A stretch of 63,497 bases of DNA, filler included, from Perkinsus olseni (GCA_013115125.1; 8 parts of 8 records of this genome joined end to end with filler, not necessarily neighbours in it); one strand, 5' to 3'. Positions 47,849-59,103 are shown, counted from the whole stretch's first letter. The notes: generated by a model from the letters alone, not told the origin. Translations and numbers: made by a program.

Positions 47849-48407
47849 AGTGTTTCCAGTTGTTAATCTGGAAGACCGTGGAATATATTAACCGAAAGGG
47901 TTCACAGAAGGCGATCAACACACCTCTGCCAAAGTAACCCTTGCCAGCTACACACGGGTATTCAGTGCTGGGTGAGCAATAAGAACATGCGGCCAATGAG
48001 TCCTTGCATCCGAGCTCGCTGGTGAAGTAGAGGCCTTGTTTCCATCGAGGTACCGGCCCCCATCCAGTATTCTCTCCGGTCTCTTGGGTGAAATGGGCGA
48101 AGCTCACGGAGAGTTCCTTCCTGCATGCTGTGTCCGGGTCTAATCCTCCAGCAGCCTCGTCACAAAACTTTTCGAACTTGGCAGCAGCAGCGAGGAAATT
48201 GGCGTAGTTGAAAGGTTTTGGCGACACCTGGTAACCGTTAGCTTTAGGGAACAGTTTCTCAAAGTCTTCCGAGGTAAAGATTCTCTTGATGCGTTGGACG
48301 TTGGCAGTATCACCGGCGACAAATCCGTTGCCTAACAGGACACTGTGAAAGAACACGGTCTGCAAGAAGAGAGGAGTAATACAGAAGGACGCGATCGACA
48401 TCTCCAC
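47849..48407 (-). CDS. GH19 chitinase, 5' part
   Basis: FNYANFLAAAAKFEKFC, CRKELSVSFAHFTQETG, QGLYFTSELGC, GYFGRG. Confidence 0.85.
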
Positions 48408-48750
48408 TGAGAAAAGTAGCTACTGAAATCTGGCATTATCATTGAGCGAGCCCACACTCACAGGCTAGTAGGGCCCCGATGCTTTGAGAACGCTTTGAGA
48501 TGAGAATGAAGGATGTCATTGGGACTTCGGAATCGGTAGCCGCTACGGATTCCAGCGACGAGCGAGATGAAGCGCCCTCTTCAAAAAGCATGCCTCACGA
48601 ATAGTTCACAGTTCACACTGTTGACTCAACAGTACTGAGTCAACAACGCTAAGCGAACAGCGCGCGCACGTTTTTTCACCTGCACGCAGATACACCGCCA
48701 CGCTCACACAAGTGTTACGGGCTGTTGAGATCATAGATAACGCAACATGA

Positions 48751-48772
48751 CTTGAGCCAAGATGGCTACGTT
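48751..48772 (-). promoter_or_regulatory. Spliced-leader copy in the 3' LTR
   Basis: AACGTAGCCATCTTGGCTCAAG matches the Perkinsus-type SL ACCGTAGCCATCTTGGCTCAAG (recalled) at 21/22. It overlaps TACTAAC. Confidence 0.85.
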
Positions 48773-48927
48773 AGTAACCGACCTCTCCTCTAGAACCTCT
48801 GATAATAAGTGCCTCTGTAAACCTCTAATGACAATAGCTGACGCCAAGACTTCACTATCTTGCACTCTTGCTATTCCTCTGCAATCAATATATAAATACT
48901 CAACATCTCGGCCCCCCAAGGTGGCGG

Positions 48928-50594
48928 CTATAGAGCAGACACCTTCCTAGAAGATTCGACAGAAAGCTGAGTAGGGCTTTCCAGTTTGAGAACGGAGACT
49001 CCCTTAGGGTTAACAGCAACAGTAGCGGGAATCTCTGGGGGACCTCCAACTCTTAATATACCATCGGGAGTGAAGTACATCGGTACGACAGTTCGATGGT
49101 CCTCTAACAGCTTATATTCATGGACAAGAAAGAAATTATCATTGGTCCATGATATCTTACTACCAACCCTCACCGTACCATCTTCATCTTTCCAGGCTAA
49201 GAAAGGATGACCAGAAGACACAATTCGCACTCTCCTCTTTGGTGGAAGGCCTTCAGTGGTAGGTGGAGATGATAGATCTCTCCTCTTATGACCTCTTGAA
49301 GTGGGTGTCGGCACACGATCTTCTTCTTCTGATATATAAAAAGGCTTAATGTGATCCTTATGAAAGACTTGTCGTGTACCATCCGAAAGCTGTACCTCAT
49401 AACACTGCCCGCCGATAGGATTCATAATGGTACCTCTAATCCATTGTGAATCTAACTTATGTTGGGGCTTACGATATATGTAGACCGATTCTCCTCGAAC
49501 ATAATGTTCTCGGGCCTCTGGGCCTTTACTCCTCTCTCTCGATCTCGTCCACGCGTCAGACCAAACATTCAACAGCTGTCGACGATGACGATCTAATCGA
49601 GATACCTCTGAGAGTACAGCTGACGTTCGAATCTTATTAGGATAAGAGATAAATGACACAATATCCTCATGGGTAAGCGGCTCCTGCAGAACTTGACTTC
49701 GCAGTGACACATCAAAAGGGAGCCTCAGCTTAAACCCGAAAAGAATCTCATGCGGAGAGATGCCGAGCTCAGGATCCGGCACAGAGTTTAGGCGACTTTC
49801 CGCAATAGCTAATAAATCAACCCAAGAAGATCTCTGACGACTCTTGAGTAAAAGGCGTAATGAATCCCCAATTGTTCTATGCTGGCGTTCATAGAACCCC
49901 CCCGAAGCCGGATGGGCAACGGGTAATACTATATGACGAGCAGAGTATAAACAACAAAGGGCATCAAATCTGGGAGACAGAGTAAACTGCCGTCCCTGAT
50001 CACTTATAAAGGTAGATGGAGTTCCAAACCTTAGCAGAACTTGTGTTTCTATTACTCTGCATATAGTATTAGTACTGATATCTGCCAGCGGGAACAGAAG
50101 GGTAAATCGACTTAGTAAATCTGTACACGTCAGCACCCACCTCTCTCCCTTAGAACTGGGGAGTAGCGGCCCTACTATATCGAGCCCCAAGACTTCGAAA
50201 GGCTCGCTAGGGGTCCATAGATGGGCCTCATGCTGACGCTTAACAAAGGAAGCTGACACTTGACAAGGATGACAGCTTCGAATGACCGACTTAACATCGG
50301 CTCGACTACGTGGCCACCAGAATAAACGACGTGAATAGCGATGAGTAGAATTCACCGCCGGATGACCTCTAAGATCATGATAATATTTAATCAACTCAAC
50401 TGGTAGCCGCGAATATTTCGACTTCGGCAATACTATTCTAACATCATCTTCATCATCAACGGGATCCTTTTTACATAGGACATCATTATGAAGGAAGGCG
50501 TTCTCACCATAATAGACAACTGCCGGAGCGACCGACCGTTTCTTCTTCGACAGATCGGCTCCTTCTTCTAGTAGATGACGCACTTCACTACATA
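48928..50594 (-). CDS. Integrase portion of the element 2 polyprotein
   Basis: YHDLRGH..CHPC, GLDIVGP, TDLLSRF, SDQGRQF, GFYERQH. Separated from the upstream ORF by a 14-bp footprint. Confidence 0.88.
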
Positions 50595-53500
50595 GGGGAT
50601 CGGATCCCCGGGATCCTTCTCCTGCTCTCTAATCAAGAACCTTCTTATCAGCTCATGCTTCGGAGTAGCTGAATCTCCTTTCCAAGCATGAAAAGTCTTA
50701 TCAAGATCGTAATAGGTTTTCAGAGATGGTACATTCTCGAGAGTAGGTAGTAGTAAAGAGTGAGGGTAGTAGAGATCAAAAACCTCAAAGGCCAACAATG
50801 GAACCTTACTATCGTCAATGGCGACTGTTAGGTCTATAGCAGTTAGAGGCACGTCACGACTGGCGTGAATACTCAGAAGCTCTCGAGAAAAGGGAATATC
50901 ATCAATAATTCTTGATAAGATATCAACTCGTTTGGTAAAGAATGAAGTATTGTGATGATGAATGAATGATACTGAGATACTCATCGTCTTCAACTCGGCT
51001 ATAATATCATCCGTGCAATCACGGATCCGACGAGTGGCCAACCACTCGATCCCCTTCAACTTCCTCTCAGGTCCTCCCATTCTTCTGATCGCTGTGAATG
51101 AATCACTTCCCAGCACTATCGTTCGCAAAGATCTCCACCAATTCCTCTCGAATTGTTGACATAAGGCCGTCAAACTCTGAAGAATTGCGAACATTTCACG
51201 GCGATTCGCATGCCACGATTCGGCGCGATCAGGAAATAAATGGGCTTCTCCATAAATAGATACCCAGTCCTCTCTCTCCTCTTCTCCTCCCCCCTCTCTG
51301 GAGCGGAAAGCTCCATATAATTCCTTCGCTGGTGCCCAGAATTCTATCCCGTATCCCTTGAATGAGGCATCAGTAAATAGTCGAACGGTTTTTACTCCCG
51401 ATATCAACGGGACCCTCTGATCAATCTGTTGCCATAAATCTTCCGCTGCTTTCAGATGAAGATCGCATTTATCCCTCACATCTTTCGGTAAAATACCATC
51501 CCAAGAATTCTCTGCTCGACCCGATAATTGTCGAACAATATCACAGTGTCCTCTACACTGTGCCTCTGCTGAGCTTTTGGTCAGCTCCAGAAATTTGCCA
51601 GCGTTGGCAAAATAACCTCTTCTAGATTCGATGCTTTCATCAATTTTGATTTCTGGGCGATCGACAAATAAGTTCCCCTTCGCACTATCCCACCTCCACT
51701 TCATTCCCAACCACTTCTGCGGAGAATCCTCCTCCCACATGCTGCGCTTTGAGTCGGGAATCTCAAAGCCGCATTTCGCAAACAGCTGGAACATATCCGC
51801 GTTCCATGCCTGCCTCTCTTCCTCATTCCGGGAAAGGATAAGGAAGTCATCCATAATCCTCACCGTTCGAATATGGGGGTGTTTATATCTAAGAACGGTG
51901 AACAGTATATCTATCACTCCTTCTAAGGAGGCTGGACCAGACGATAGTCCAAACGCTAACCGCCTCGTCATCTTCAAAGTCATATCTCCGCAATCAATCA
52001 GTAATTCGCGGCCGATAGCAAGGCGATAATACGCCTTACTCAAATCCATCTGCTCTACTCTCCAAGCTGGTTGCAATAATCCCTGCAACTGCTGAATCGC
52101 ACAGTGCGTAGAATTCCTCCGATTGTGAGCTGATGGGTACTGCCGATTTATTACTCGGCAATCGAGGCATGGCCGCACTGGTGTGGTAACTTTCCTGAGA
52201 GATACCACAGGAAAGCAGGTAGCAAATTGGGTATCGCTTTCTTTATTCGGTACGGTGATCCCAGTGTCCACCCACCAATGACGATTGAAATACATAGATA
52301 ATTCCTCCTGCCATTTTTTGCGTTCCGCATTCGACAAACGTTGAATCAATCCCGTCGGACGCCAGCTACTTCTGACGTCATAGTCTCTTTCCAATTCCCT
52401 CTTCTTCTCAACTTTTTCCGGCCAATCGATATAAAATCGATACTGCTGCTGTGGGATATCCGGAACTGCTGCATCATGCCCTTCTTCGTGTTCCAATTCT
52501 TCCAATGTCTTGAGCTGCACAGTATACTTAAGAGCATCAGGAAGAGGAAAGGGGCCATGATCATGAATGCGAGAGAGCGCCGTAGCATAAAAATCTGCCT
52601 CGGGAGGAATATTCACCAATAATTTCTCAATCTGCTCTTCTAATGTGGTTCTACTATTCCCTCTCAAAAGTAAATTCGCCGACTGAGGCTCCTCTTCTCT
52701 GATAATATCATCTTCTAAATTTTTGACGCATTTCTCTTCTTCTGAGCAACTAACCTCTATCTGTGCGATATCGATAACTGGTACATCTAATGATGGCGCT
52801 CCTCTCTCCTCAATGTGCCGTGTAGGACTAGGTCGCTCCAGTATCTCTTCTTTCAATGACGATTGGATCTTACTCGCCTCATCATCCTCTAATGAATATA
52901 ATAATTTCGCACCAACTATTCGTAATGCGACTCGACCCAGTATGATAGGATAGCTCAAATCCTTAACCACCAGCGCTGGAATATAGAAGCTGGCACAACC
53001 CTCTGACCCCCGAGATAGAGATACTTGAAGGATACATTCCTCATCAACGGTTCGCGATGTATGATTCGCACACGTAATAATCACTGGCTTAATCTTCCGA
53101 CGTTCGATAATCCCCTCTTGATGTAGTCGGGATGCTAGCTCTTCGCGAATCATCGCGACCGCTGCGCCAGAATCCACCAATGCACAAACATCCAGATTTC
53201 CGATACGTAAAGATACCGTATCCGGCCCCGTCATCATTTTCAGTGACCACGACTCTTTCAACACTTCATTCTCAGCCCCCGTAAAATTTTGCTCAACACA
53301 AGTCAGGTCAACCACACAAGATAACGGATCCGACGAACTTCGTGCACCCTGGGTGGCCCCTGTGGTTGCATCACTAGTTGAGGCCTTTGACTGCGAAGTG
53401 CAGCCCACCTCAATAGTGTATGCGGAAGCCCTCTTAGGTAAACCACCTTTACCGGTGCTTGAAGCTCGATCCGTACCCTGTGGCCTCTGACCTGAAATGA

Positions 53501-54791
53501 GCGGGGAAGGGCATACATACTGTAAGTGACCTTGCTGAGAACATCTCCTACATCTCACCGTAGGAGAAATTGCACAATCTGCCAATCGATGCCTGAGTCC
53601 ACAGCGAGGACATCTCTGGGCCATATCTCCCGGCTTTTCACTCCTACAATAACGCCATGAATGTCCGGGCTGTAGGCACCTACTGCAAGTGCCCGTAAAG
53701 GACGATACTGCTGATTTTCCCTTACCAGCAGCAACCCTCTTCGGTACCAAATCCGATGAACTTTTGGCCTCCCATCGAATTTTCCCAGAGCTCAGCTGTG
53801 ACTCGAAATGCATAGCTTCCCCTCGCAATTCTTTATACGACATACGATCGACCGCCTTCCCCAGGCTCTCTATCGCTTTCGATAATTTCGGTAACAACCC
53901 CATTCTCGCTCTTACACACTTCTCCAATTCCAAATGCTGCTTACCGAATACCGAACATAATAAACTTGACTCCTTATCAATACGGACGAAATAGTCTTCC
54001 ACCCGTTCATCTTCTTTCTGTGCCAAGCGTTCCCAACGCAATAAGGCTTCCCCTTTATTAAATGTGCCGGAAAATCTATCATCGAGATATTCCCAGACTC
54101 TCATCACGATATCCGAACTCGATAACCCTTCTGATAACTTCTCTCTTATCATGACATTAATGTCATCTCTAAGCGGCCCCGAGAAATTCCGAAGTAAATA
54201 ATAAAGTTCCGGCTCCCCTTTCAAATGATAAATAGCGATCGAGTCAACAACTTTCTGCTTGAACATTTCATATGGTAATTCCGCCGTGGGTCGAGACCAC
54301 GGAGCCCCCAACACCAAGTCCAACTTATTCCAATCGATCATATTTTTATTTCCAGAGCCACCACCATCAGTACCACCACCATCATCTGCGCTATCCACTT
54401 TCTCTCCCAAGAATAACTCTAAAGCCTTTTTCAAATCCTCATGACGATCAAGATGCCACTCAACCCCTGATGACCGAGCAGAGGCTGTCGCCTGCTTGGC
54501 TAAGTATTTCCCAAGGAAGCGAACCCATTCCCCTGTCAGACCCTCTACTTGGGCGGCATCAAGAACGGCCCCGTATATTACCCGTGCCCTCTCTTCAACT
54601 CCAGATATCTCCCCTTTTGATATCCATCGTTGAACCTTGGCCCGGATAATTGATACCTCTCGATTGAAGGCTCCTCTCTTCTCAACTTCCAGGTAGAGAT
54701 GCTGCATCTCCAGGCTGAGATCCATACCTGGGATCGGCGCTATCACGGCATCTCCGAAGACGGCGTCGGCGAATCCTGCATCGGGTACCAT
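50568..54791 (-). CDS. Gag-protease-RT-RNase H of element 2
   Basis: Three Cys/His knuckles (CSRCLQPGHSWRYC etc.), VDSGA, MDLSKAY, IMDD, FTDAS. Confidence 0.9.
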   Translation of the reverse strand: MVPDAGFADAVFGDAVIAPIPGMDLSLEMQHLYLEVEKRGAFNREVSIIRAKVQRWISKGEISGVEERARVIYGAVLDAAQVEGLTGEWVRFLGKYLAKQATASARSSGVEWHLDRHEDLKKALELFLGEKVDSADDGGGTDGGGSGNKNMIDWNKLDLVLGAPWSRPTAELPYEMFKQKVVDSIAIYHLKGEPELYYLLRNFSGPLRDDINVMIREKLSEGLSSSDIVMRVWEYLDDRFSGTFNKGEALLRWERLAQKEDERVEDYFVRIDKESSLLCSVFGKQHLELEKCVRARMGLLPKLSKAIESLGKAVDRMSYKELRGEAMHFESQLSSGKIRWEAKSSSDLVPKRVAAGKGKSAVSSFTGTCSRCLQPGHSWRYCRSEKPGDMAQRCPRCGLRHRLADCAISPTVRCRRCSQQGHLQYVCPSPLISGQRPQGTDRASSTGKGGLPKRASAYTIEVGCTSQSKASTSDATTGATQGARSSSDPLSCVVDLTCVEQNFTGAENEVLKESWSLKMMTGPDTVSLRIGNLDVCALVDSGAAVAMIREELASRLHQEGIIERRKIKPVIITCANHTSRTVDEECILQVSLSRGSEGCASFYIPALVVKDLSYPIILGRVALRIVGAKLLYSLEDDEASKIQSSLKEEILERPSPTRHIEERGAPSLDVPVIDIAQIEVSCSEEEKCVKNLEDDIIREEEPQSANLLLRGNSRTTLEEQIEKLLVNIPPEADFYATALSRIHDHGPFPLPDALKYTVQLKTLEELEHEEGHDAAVPDIPQQQYRFYIDWPEKVEKKRELERDYDVRSSWRPTGLIQRLSNAERKKWQEELSMYFNRHWWVDTGITVPNKESDTQFATCFPVVSLRKVTTPVRPCLDCRVINRQYPSAHNRRNSTHCAIQQLQGLLQPAWRVEQMDLSKAYYRLAIGRELLIDCGDMTLKMTRRLAFGLSSGPASLEGVIDILFTVLRYKHPHIRTVRIMDDFLILSRNEEERQAWNADMFQLFAKCGFEIPDSKRSMWEEDSPQKWLGMKWRWDSAKGNLFVDRPEIKIDESIESRRGYFANAGKFLELTKSSAEAQCRGHCDIVRQLSGRAENSWDGILPKDVRDKCDLHLKAAEDLWQQIDQRVPLISGVKTVRLFTDASFKGYGIEFWAPAKELYGAFRSREGGGEEEREDWVSIYGEAHLFPDRAESWHANRREMFAILQSLTALCQQFERNWWRSLRTIVLGSDSFTAIRRMGGPERKLKGIEWLATRRIRDCTDDIIAELKTMSISVSFIHHHNTSFFTKRVDILSRIIDDIPFSRELLSIHASRDVPLTAIDLTVAIDDSKVPLLAFEVFDLYYPHSLLLPTLENVPSLKTYYDLDKTFHAWKGDSATPKHELIRRFLIREQEKDPGDPIPYVVKCVIY
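50595..50616. other. Hairpin-type (hAT-like) excision footprint
   Basis: Minus strand GGATCCC-GGGGATCC-GATCCCC replaces GGATCCCC. Removing 14 bp restores the frame EKDPLCSEVRHLL. Confidence 0.75.
54770..54790 (-). promoter_or_regulatory. Primer-binding site of element 2 overlapping the gag ATG
   Basis: TGGTACCCGATGCAGGATTCG starts 2 nt after the LTR. Its complement CGAAT-CCTGC-ATCGGGT-A-CCA fits a tRNA 3' end. Confidence 0.8.
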
Positions 54792-54820
54792 TTGTTGAGA
54801 TTATAGATAACGCAACATGA

Positions 54821-54842
54821 CTTGAGCCAAGATGGCTACGTT
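54821..54842 (-). promoter_or_regulatory. Spliced-leader copy in the 5' LTR
   Basis: AACGTAGCCATCTTGGCTCAAG, sense to gag, ending 29 nt before the ATG at 54791. It overlaps GACTAAC. Confidence 0.85.
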
Positions 54843-55734
54843 AGTCCCCGACCTCTCCTCTAGAACCTCTGATAATAAGTGCCTCTGTAAACCTCTAATG
54901 ACAATAGCTGACGCCAAGACTTCACTATCTTGCACTCTTGCTATTCCTCTGCAATCAATATATAAATACTCAACACGGGCTTAGTTAAGCATTGTGCCTG
55001 TTCAGGCGAGGTCACGCTGAGACTTAGTCTGAGTACACCAGCGCGAGCGTAACTTATCCACTCACTACCCATAGCGACTAAGAATGCCTATCTTTGTACC
55101 GTTGATTCTAGTTGCGCTGTTTTAGGAGACAGTTGCACGCATACGTTACGGCGTTACGCCTGCAAGTTGCATGGGGTAGAAACTGGCTTCGTTTGCCTGT
55201 TTCGTCTCCCATATGGTCTAGCGCCTCAACGTGGCGTGGGGGTGATACTCATTCGGAGTATGCGAAGCTAGACCGACTATACCGAACTCGACGATCACCC
55301 AACGGGTGGTGACTGAGTGGCGGTAAAAATTCCCTCCTCCCCACTTTCCATCTATCTATGCCCCCTCGTCTCTACGCTGTCGATTCGCCGCTACGATTAC
55401 TACCATGACTGTGGTACTGTCCGGGTTGTGCATTGTCTACATTGCTGCCCGACGATATTGCCTGATACTCATAGTCGATTACACTGTAGTTGTGAACTAG
55501 TCGCTGTATTCCCTCGTTACCCTCGCCACTTTTAACCTTTTGCTTTAGCGTTTCGATCATTTTTCACTGTGCGTACTGCATATTTTGGGGGTTGAGGGAT
55601 GATGCTGCCACTGGTTACTGCCCGTGAGTGCATTNNNNNNNNNNNNNNNNNNNNNNNNNNNNNNNNNNNNNNNNNNNNTTAATTAATTAANNNNNNNNNN
55701 NNNNNNNNNNNNNNNNNNNNNNNNNNNNNNNNNN

Positions 55735-56295
55735 CTAGTCGGCAACTCTGCCGGGCTAATCTTATCAAACCACGCAATATCTTGACAGAGGACTGAAAAG
55801 CAGGCGACACGTCCGTGCGAGAGGGTGATGATGATGATGCTAGTTGTCATTACCAGCCTCGAAGTATCGTATCTTCAACCGCGTTGCTTGTAGGGATGCC
55901 GTAGCAGTGAAGATGCTATGCCAGGCGCAGGATAATACCCATGCAGCAATGCCGATGTAGACCTGGAGAATGTTCACAATTAGTTCGTCAGCACTGATTC
56001 AGAGAGGCTCACCATGTACAAGCATTGCTTTGACACGTCCTGTACAATGTCGCCACCAGGCTGAGCGAGATCATCTGAAACACTGTCAAATGATGAGAGG
56101 AGAAGAGTAAGGACTCACTTATTGAATCTCCGAAGACGAAAGCAAATAATGGTAGGGCTGTTCCATGTGCCAAAGCACAAAATGTTGCCAAGCCTAAGAA
56201 AACAAAGAGTCGAGGGCTGTGACGCGAGAGCATTCACCTATTGCTAGTAATTCTTGCCTGGTAGCATACCTATACAGGTCAAAGTAACTGACCAT
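55735..56295 (-). CDS. ABCB/MDR-type ABC transporter, 5' exons
   Basis: VSYFDLYRYAT, ALAHGTALPLFAFVFGDSI, YIGIAAW, RLKIRYF, QDIAWFD. Confidence 0.8.
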
Positions 56296-56609
56296 TGACG
56301 TACAAGACAACTGCAATGGACGGTCCAGACCTCGGGAAACACAATACGATATTCGCTTTGCCTTTGGTGGCACTGCAGCCGCCTTCGAGCAGAGCATTGA
56401 TCCCACTCACTCAATACGATAGTATGGCGATGTTACAAGGCATCAGTAGGAGCAGTAGGAGCGAAGTAATAGACTGTAGAACAGGCACTGCCGACCTCAT
56501 ATCGGAAGATCTCGCAGGATAGTTAACACGACGAGTGGATCGTACATTTTAAGGATGACAAACTCAGTAATGTTACGACAGACGATGATAATGGGAGTAT
56601 CGCCCAGCA

Positions 56610-59103
56610 TTAAATGGTGAATTGGGTGAACCCCTGTCCTTCATCTTCTTCCTCTGCGGAGGACGATGTTGATGACGGTGAACAACCAATATCAAATGCT
56701 GTGCTGTGATGAGCAGGACCTCGCTCTTCCTTTGGACTCAAAGAAAGTTCAACTTCCACACCGTAATGATCCGACAGCTGCGTGAACGCGAACTCCTGAG
56801 AATAATAAGCGAATATGGTCTATGCGCGATGAGGGATCTTAAGACGGAGGGACAGCTATGTGCACGCGTGCAAAGAGTGGACGAGATAATCGGCTTAACA
56901 GCGTCACTCTCCCGTCTCTGTTGCCAGTGCCTTTCCTCCCGGCTGCGAGAATCAAGAGGCAGGTGCATCCCTGGGTATACGATGCGCGCCTCTCATGCTT
57001 GCCTCGAGACGACAAGCCAATATCAATAGCAACCCAATACACAGAGCTGGGCACGCGTGCTTGACAACATGCACGCACGGTCCCTGATACTGGACTCACC
57101 TGCAATGGATCATTTGTTGGTTGTGAGAGGGAATACGATCTCTCTCCTCTACGCTGAGTTAAATGGAAGCTATTCACTTGCGCAGATTTCACATTCACCG
57201 ACGCGTGGCTGGTGGTATCACCTATGCATAGGAAAACGCAGTATCATCAACCACACCGTCCTCGCTGGTTTCCTTACCGACAGTTGGGGGAAAATAAAAG
57301 ATATAATCCAGAGACTGATTAGTCTGTTCACCATGCCCGGACCAATCAACAGGATCCGTAAGCGCTGTCTCAGATGGGACGAATCCCCCTGAAATTGAGC
57401 AATCCAAAGGTCCCCAGTTCGATCCCTCCTCCTGCTACCGGTATATTCTAATGCTCCTGCTGATGACCGTGTGGTGACATCAAAGTCAGCCGAGGCGTAT
57501 GTGACCGGATGCTCTCCCAGCTCCTCAAACAACACATCATGTGTTACACCAACTTGTCGCAATTTCGAGGTTATCAATTTGAACCTTGCAATGTCGTAAT
57601 GCTAGCGGCAATGATATCCCTTGATTATGATAAAGGCAGCAGCTACTCACTCATCGGAATCATCTACTCCATCATGCGGACCCGTACGAGAATTGCAGTT
57701 GAAATCACCCACTAAAACTATGGGATACTTCCGAGTCGGAGAGGGGACTCTGAGGGGAACATCAATATCTCCACTTCGCTATAGCAAGTGTTTCTTCTAC
57801 CTAGTAGTAGAGTCTCCCTCATCTAAGGAATCTGATGGCCTGCCTATGACCTGAGGACCATAATGGTGATGTCAAGGATCTCCACATGGCAAGATCACCT
57901 ACCTCTTGTGATGGTGCCCTATTAACATCACCAGAGGGAGAGCCATATGAGTCGGTAGTACTGTCCGCGGAACTGGTATAGAAGTTGAGTACCGAGTGAT
58001 GATTGTCCGAGATCGTTCCACTCACCTGCCAAGACTCTTGGGCCTGACGACTTTGTCCTCATTATTAATAACAGAAGCTGCATTGATGCTCTCTTCACTT
58101 GTGCATTTCTTGATAAAATCGACTAACTCATCAATTTGACCCTGTCGTATCCTAGCTGCTACCTCCCCAGCTTTATCTGACAGGGCGCTCGATGAGGGCG
58201 GGACAAAGCCTCGGCTACAAAGCATACCACTGTAACTTGCTTGCAAGTGTGTTGAGAAAAGATGGATGAAGACCCCCGGGGCTGGGTTTAACAAAGCATA
58301 TAGTGCACCTACATCCCAAGGCAGATGCATTACAATGGACACGCAGATGAACGTAGAAAAGCAAGATACTGCTATCTGTATTACCCTTGGCCGCAAGCTG
58401 ATCCGAGAACACTCCGGGCTGATAGACTGTCGCCCGGGATCGAACAATACGCAATCGTGACAATATAATACCTGATGAGCTATTAGTATGCCACAACAAC
58501 GAGACTAACCCTGCCCGCTTCCCGGTAGTACATCCTCCATCCACTAAGAAGCCAGAGGACCTCCGTTGGGGTGAGGTAACCTTCCATCTGAACCCCATCC
58601 TCCTCGCCCGTGCGATGAGCCTTTTACGCCGAGCAGAGAACGCTCCAAACATTTCCTGATCACGAGATTACAAAGACAATTGTAATTGAGCTAATCTCAC
58701 CTGTAGGCAAACAACATGATAACGCTGTAGATAGAATTTGGTAAACTCCTCCAATCTTTGGTCCTTATAGTCATCGTCTACATTGTGTGTGAACCGCGGA
58801 GCAGGAGGGCGAATGAATATGTTATACCTAAAGACTCGTCGCTAAGGAGTAGACCAATGCAGAGTATCTCTCTCACGAGAGTATCCGAACATGGTCAACT
58901 ATGTTAGATGTCTCATGGAGAGTCTCTAACTCATCCAAATCATCATCTAGTTCAGGCTCCTCTCCAACAACTGCAGACCAGCCTACTGAGATCGTATTAC
59001 CACTTACAATGTGTGCTTTATTACCATAAGGTAAACATCGACACATAGACTGCCTCAATAAACCTCCGAAGCCTCCACTTCCTCGACTCAATATAAGATC
59101 CAT
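56610..59103 (-). CDS. EEP-family phosphodiesterase (neutral sphingomyelinase-like), multi-exon
   Basis: YNIFIRPP, VVCLQE, SDQLAAKG, STHLQA, VGDFN, SLDYIF, LSDHYGV. Confidence 0.85.

Larger units (their letters stand above)
48723..54975 (-). mobile_element. Full-length BEL/Pao-like LTR retrotransposon (element 2) with SL-containing LTRs
   Basis: 183-bp LTRs at 48723-48905 and 54793-54975 (TGTTGAG...CTCAACA, 3 mismatches seen). 5-bp TSD CGGGC, PBS 54770-54790, PPT GGGGGGCCGAGA. Confidence 0.95.

Noticed and set aside
56610-59103. APE endonuclease of a non-LTR retrotransposon (GDFN, SDH)
   Set aside because: It has multiple introns, THLQA and LAAKG motifs and no RT, which fits a host EEP gene.
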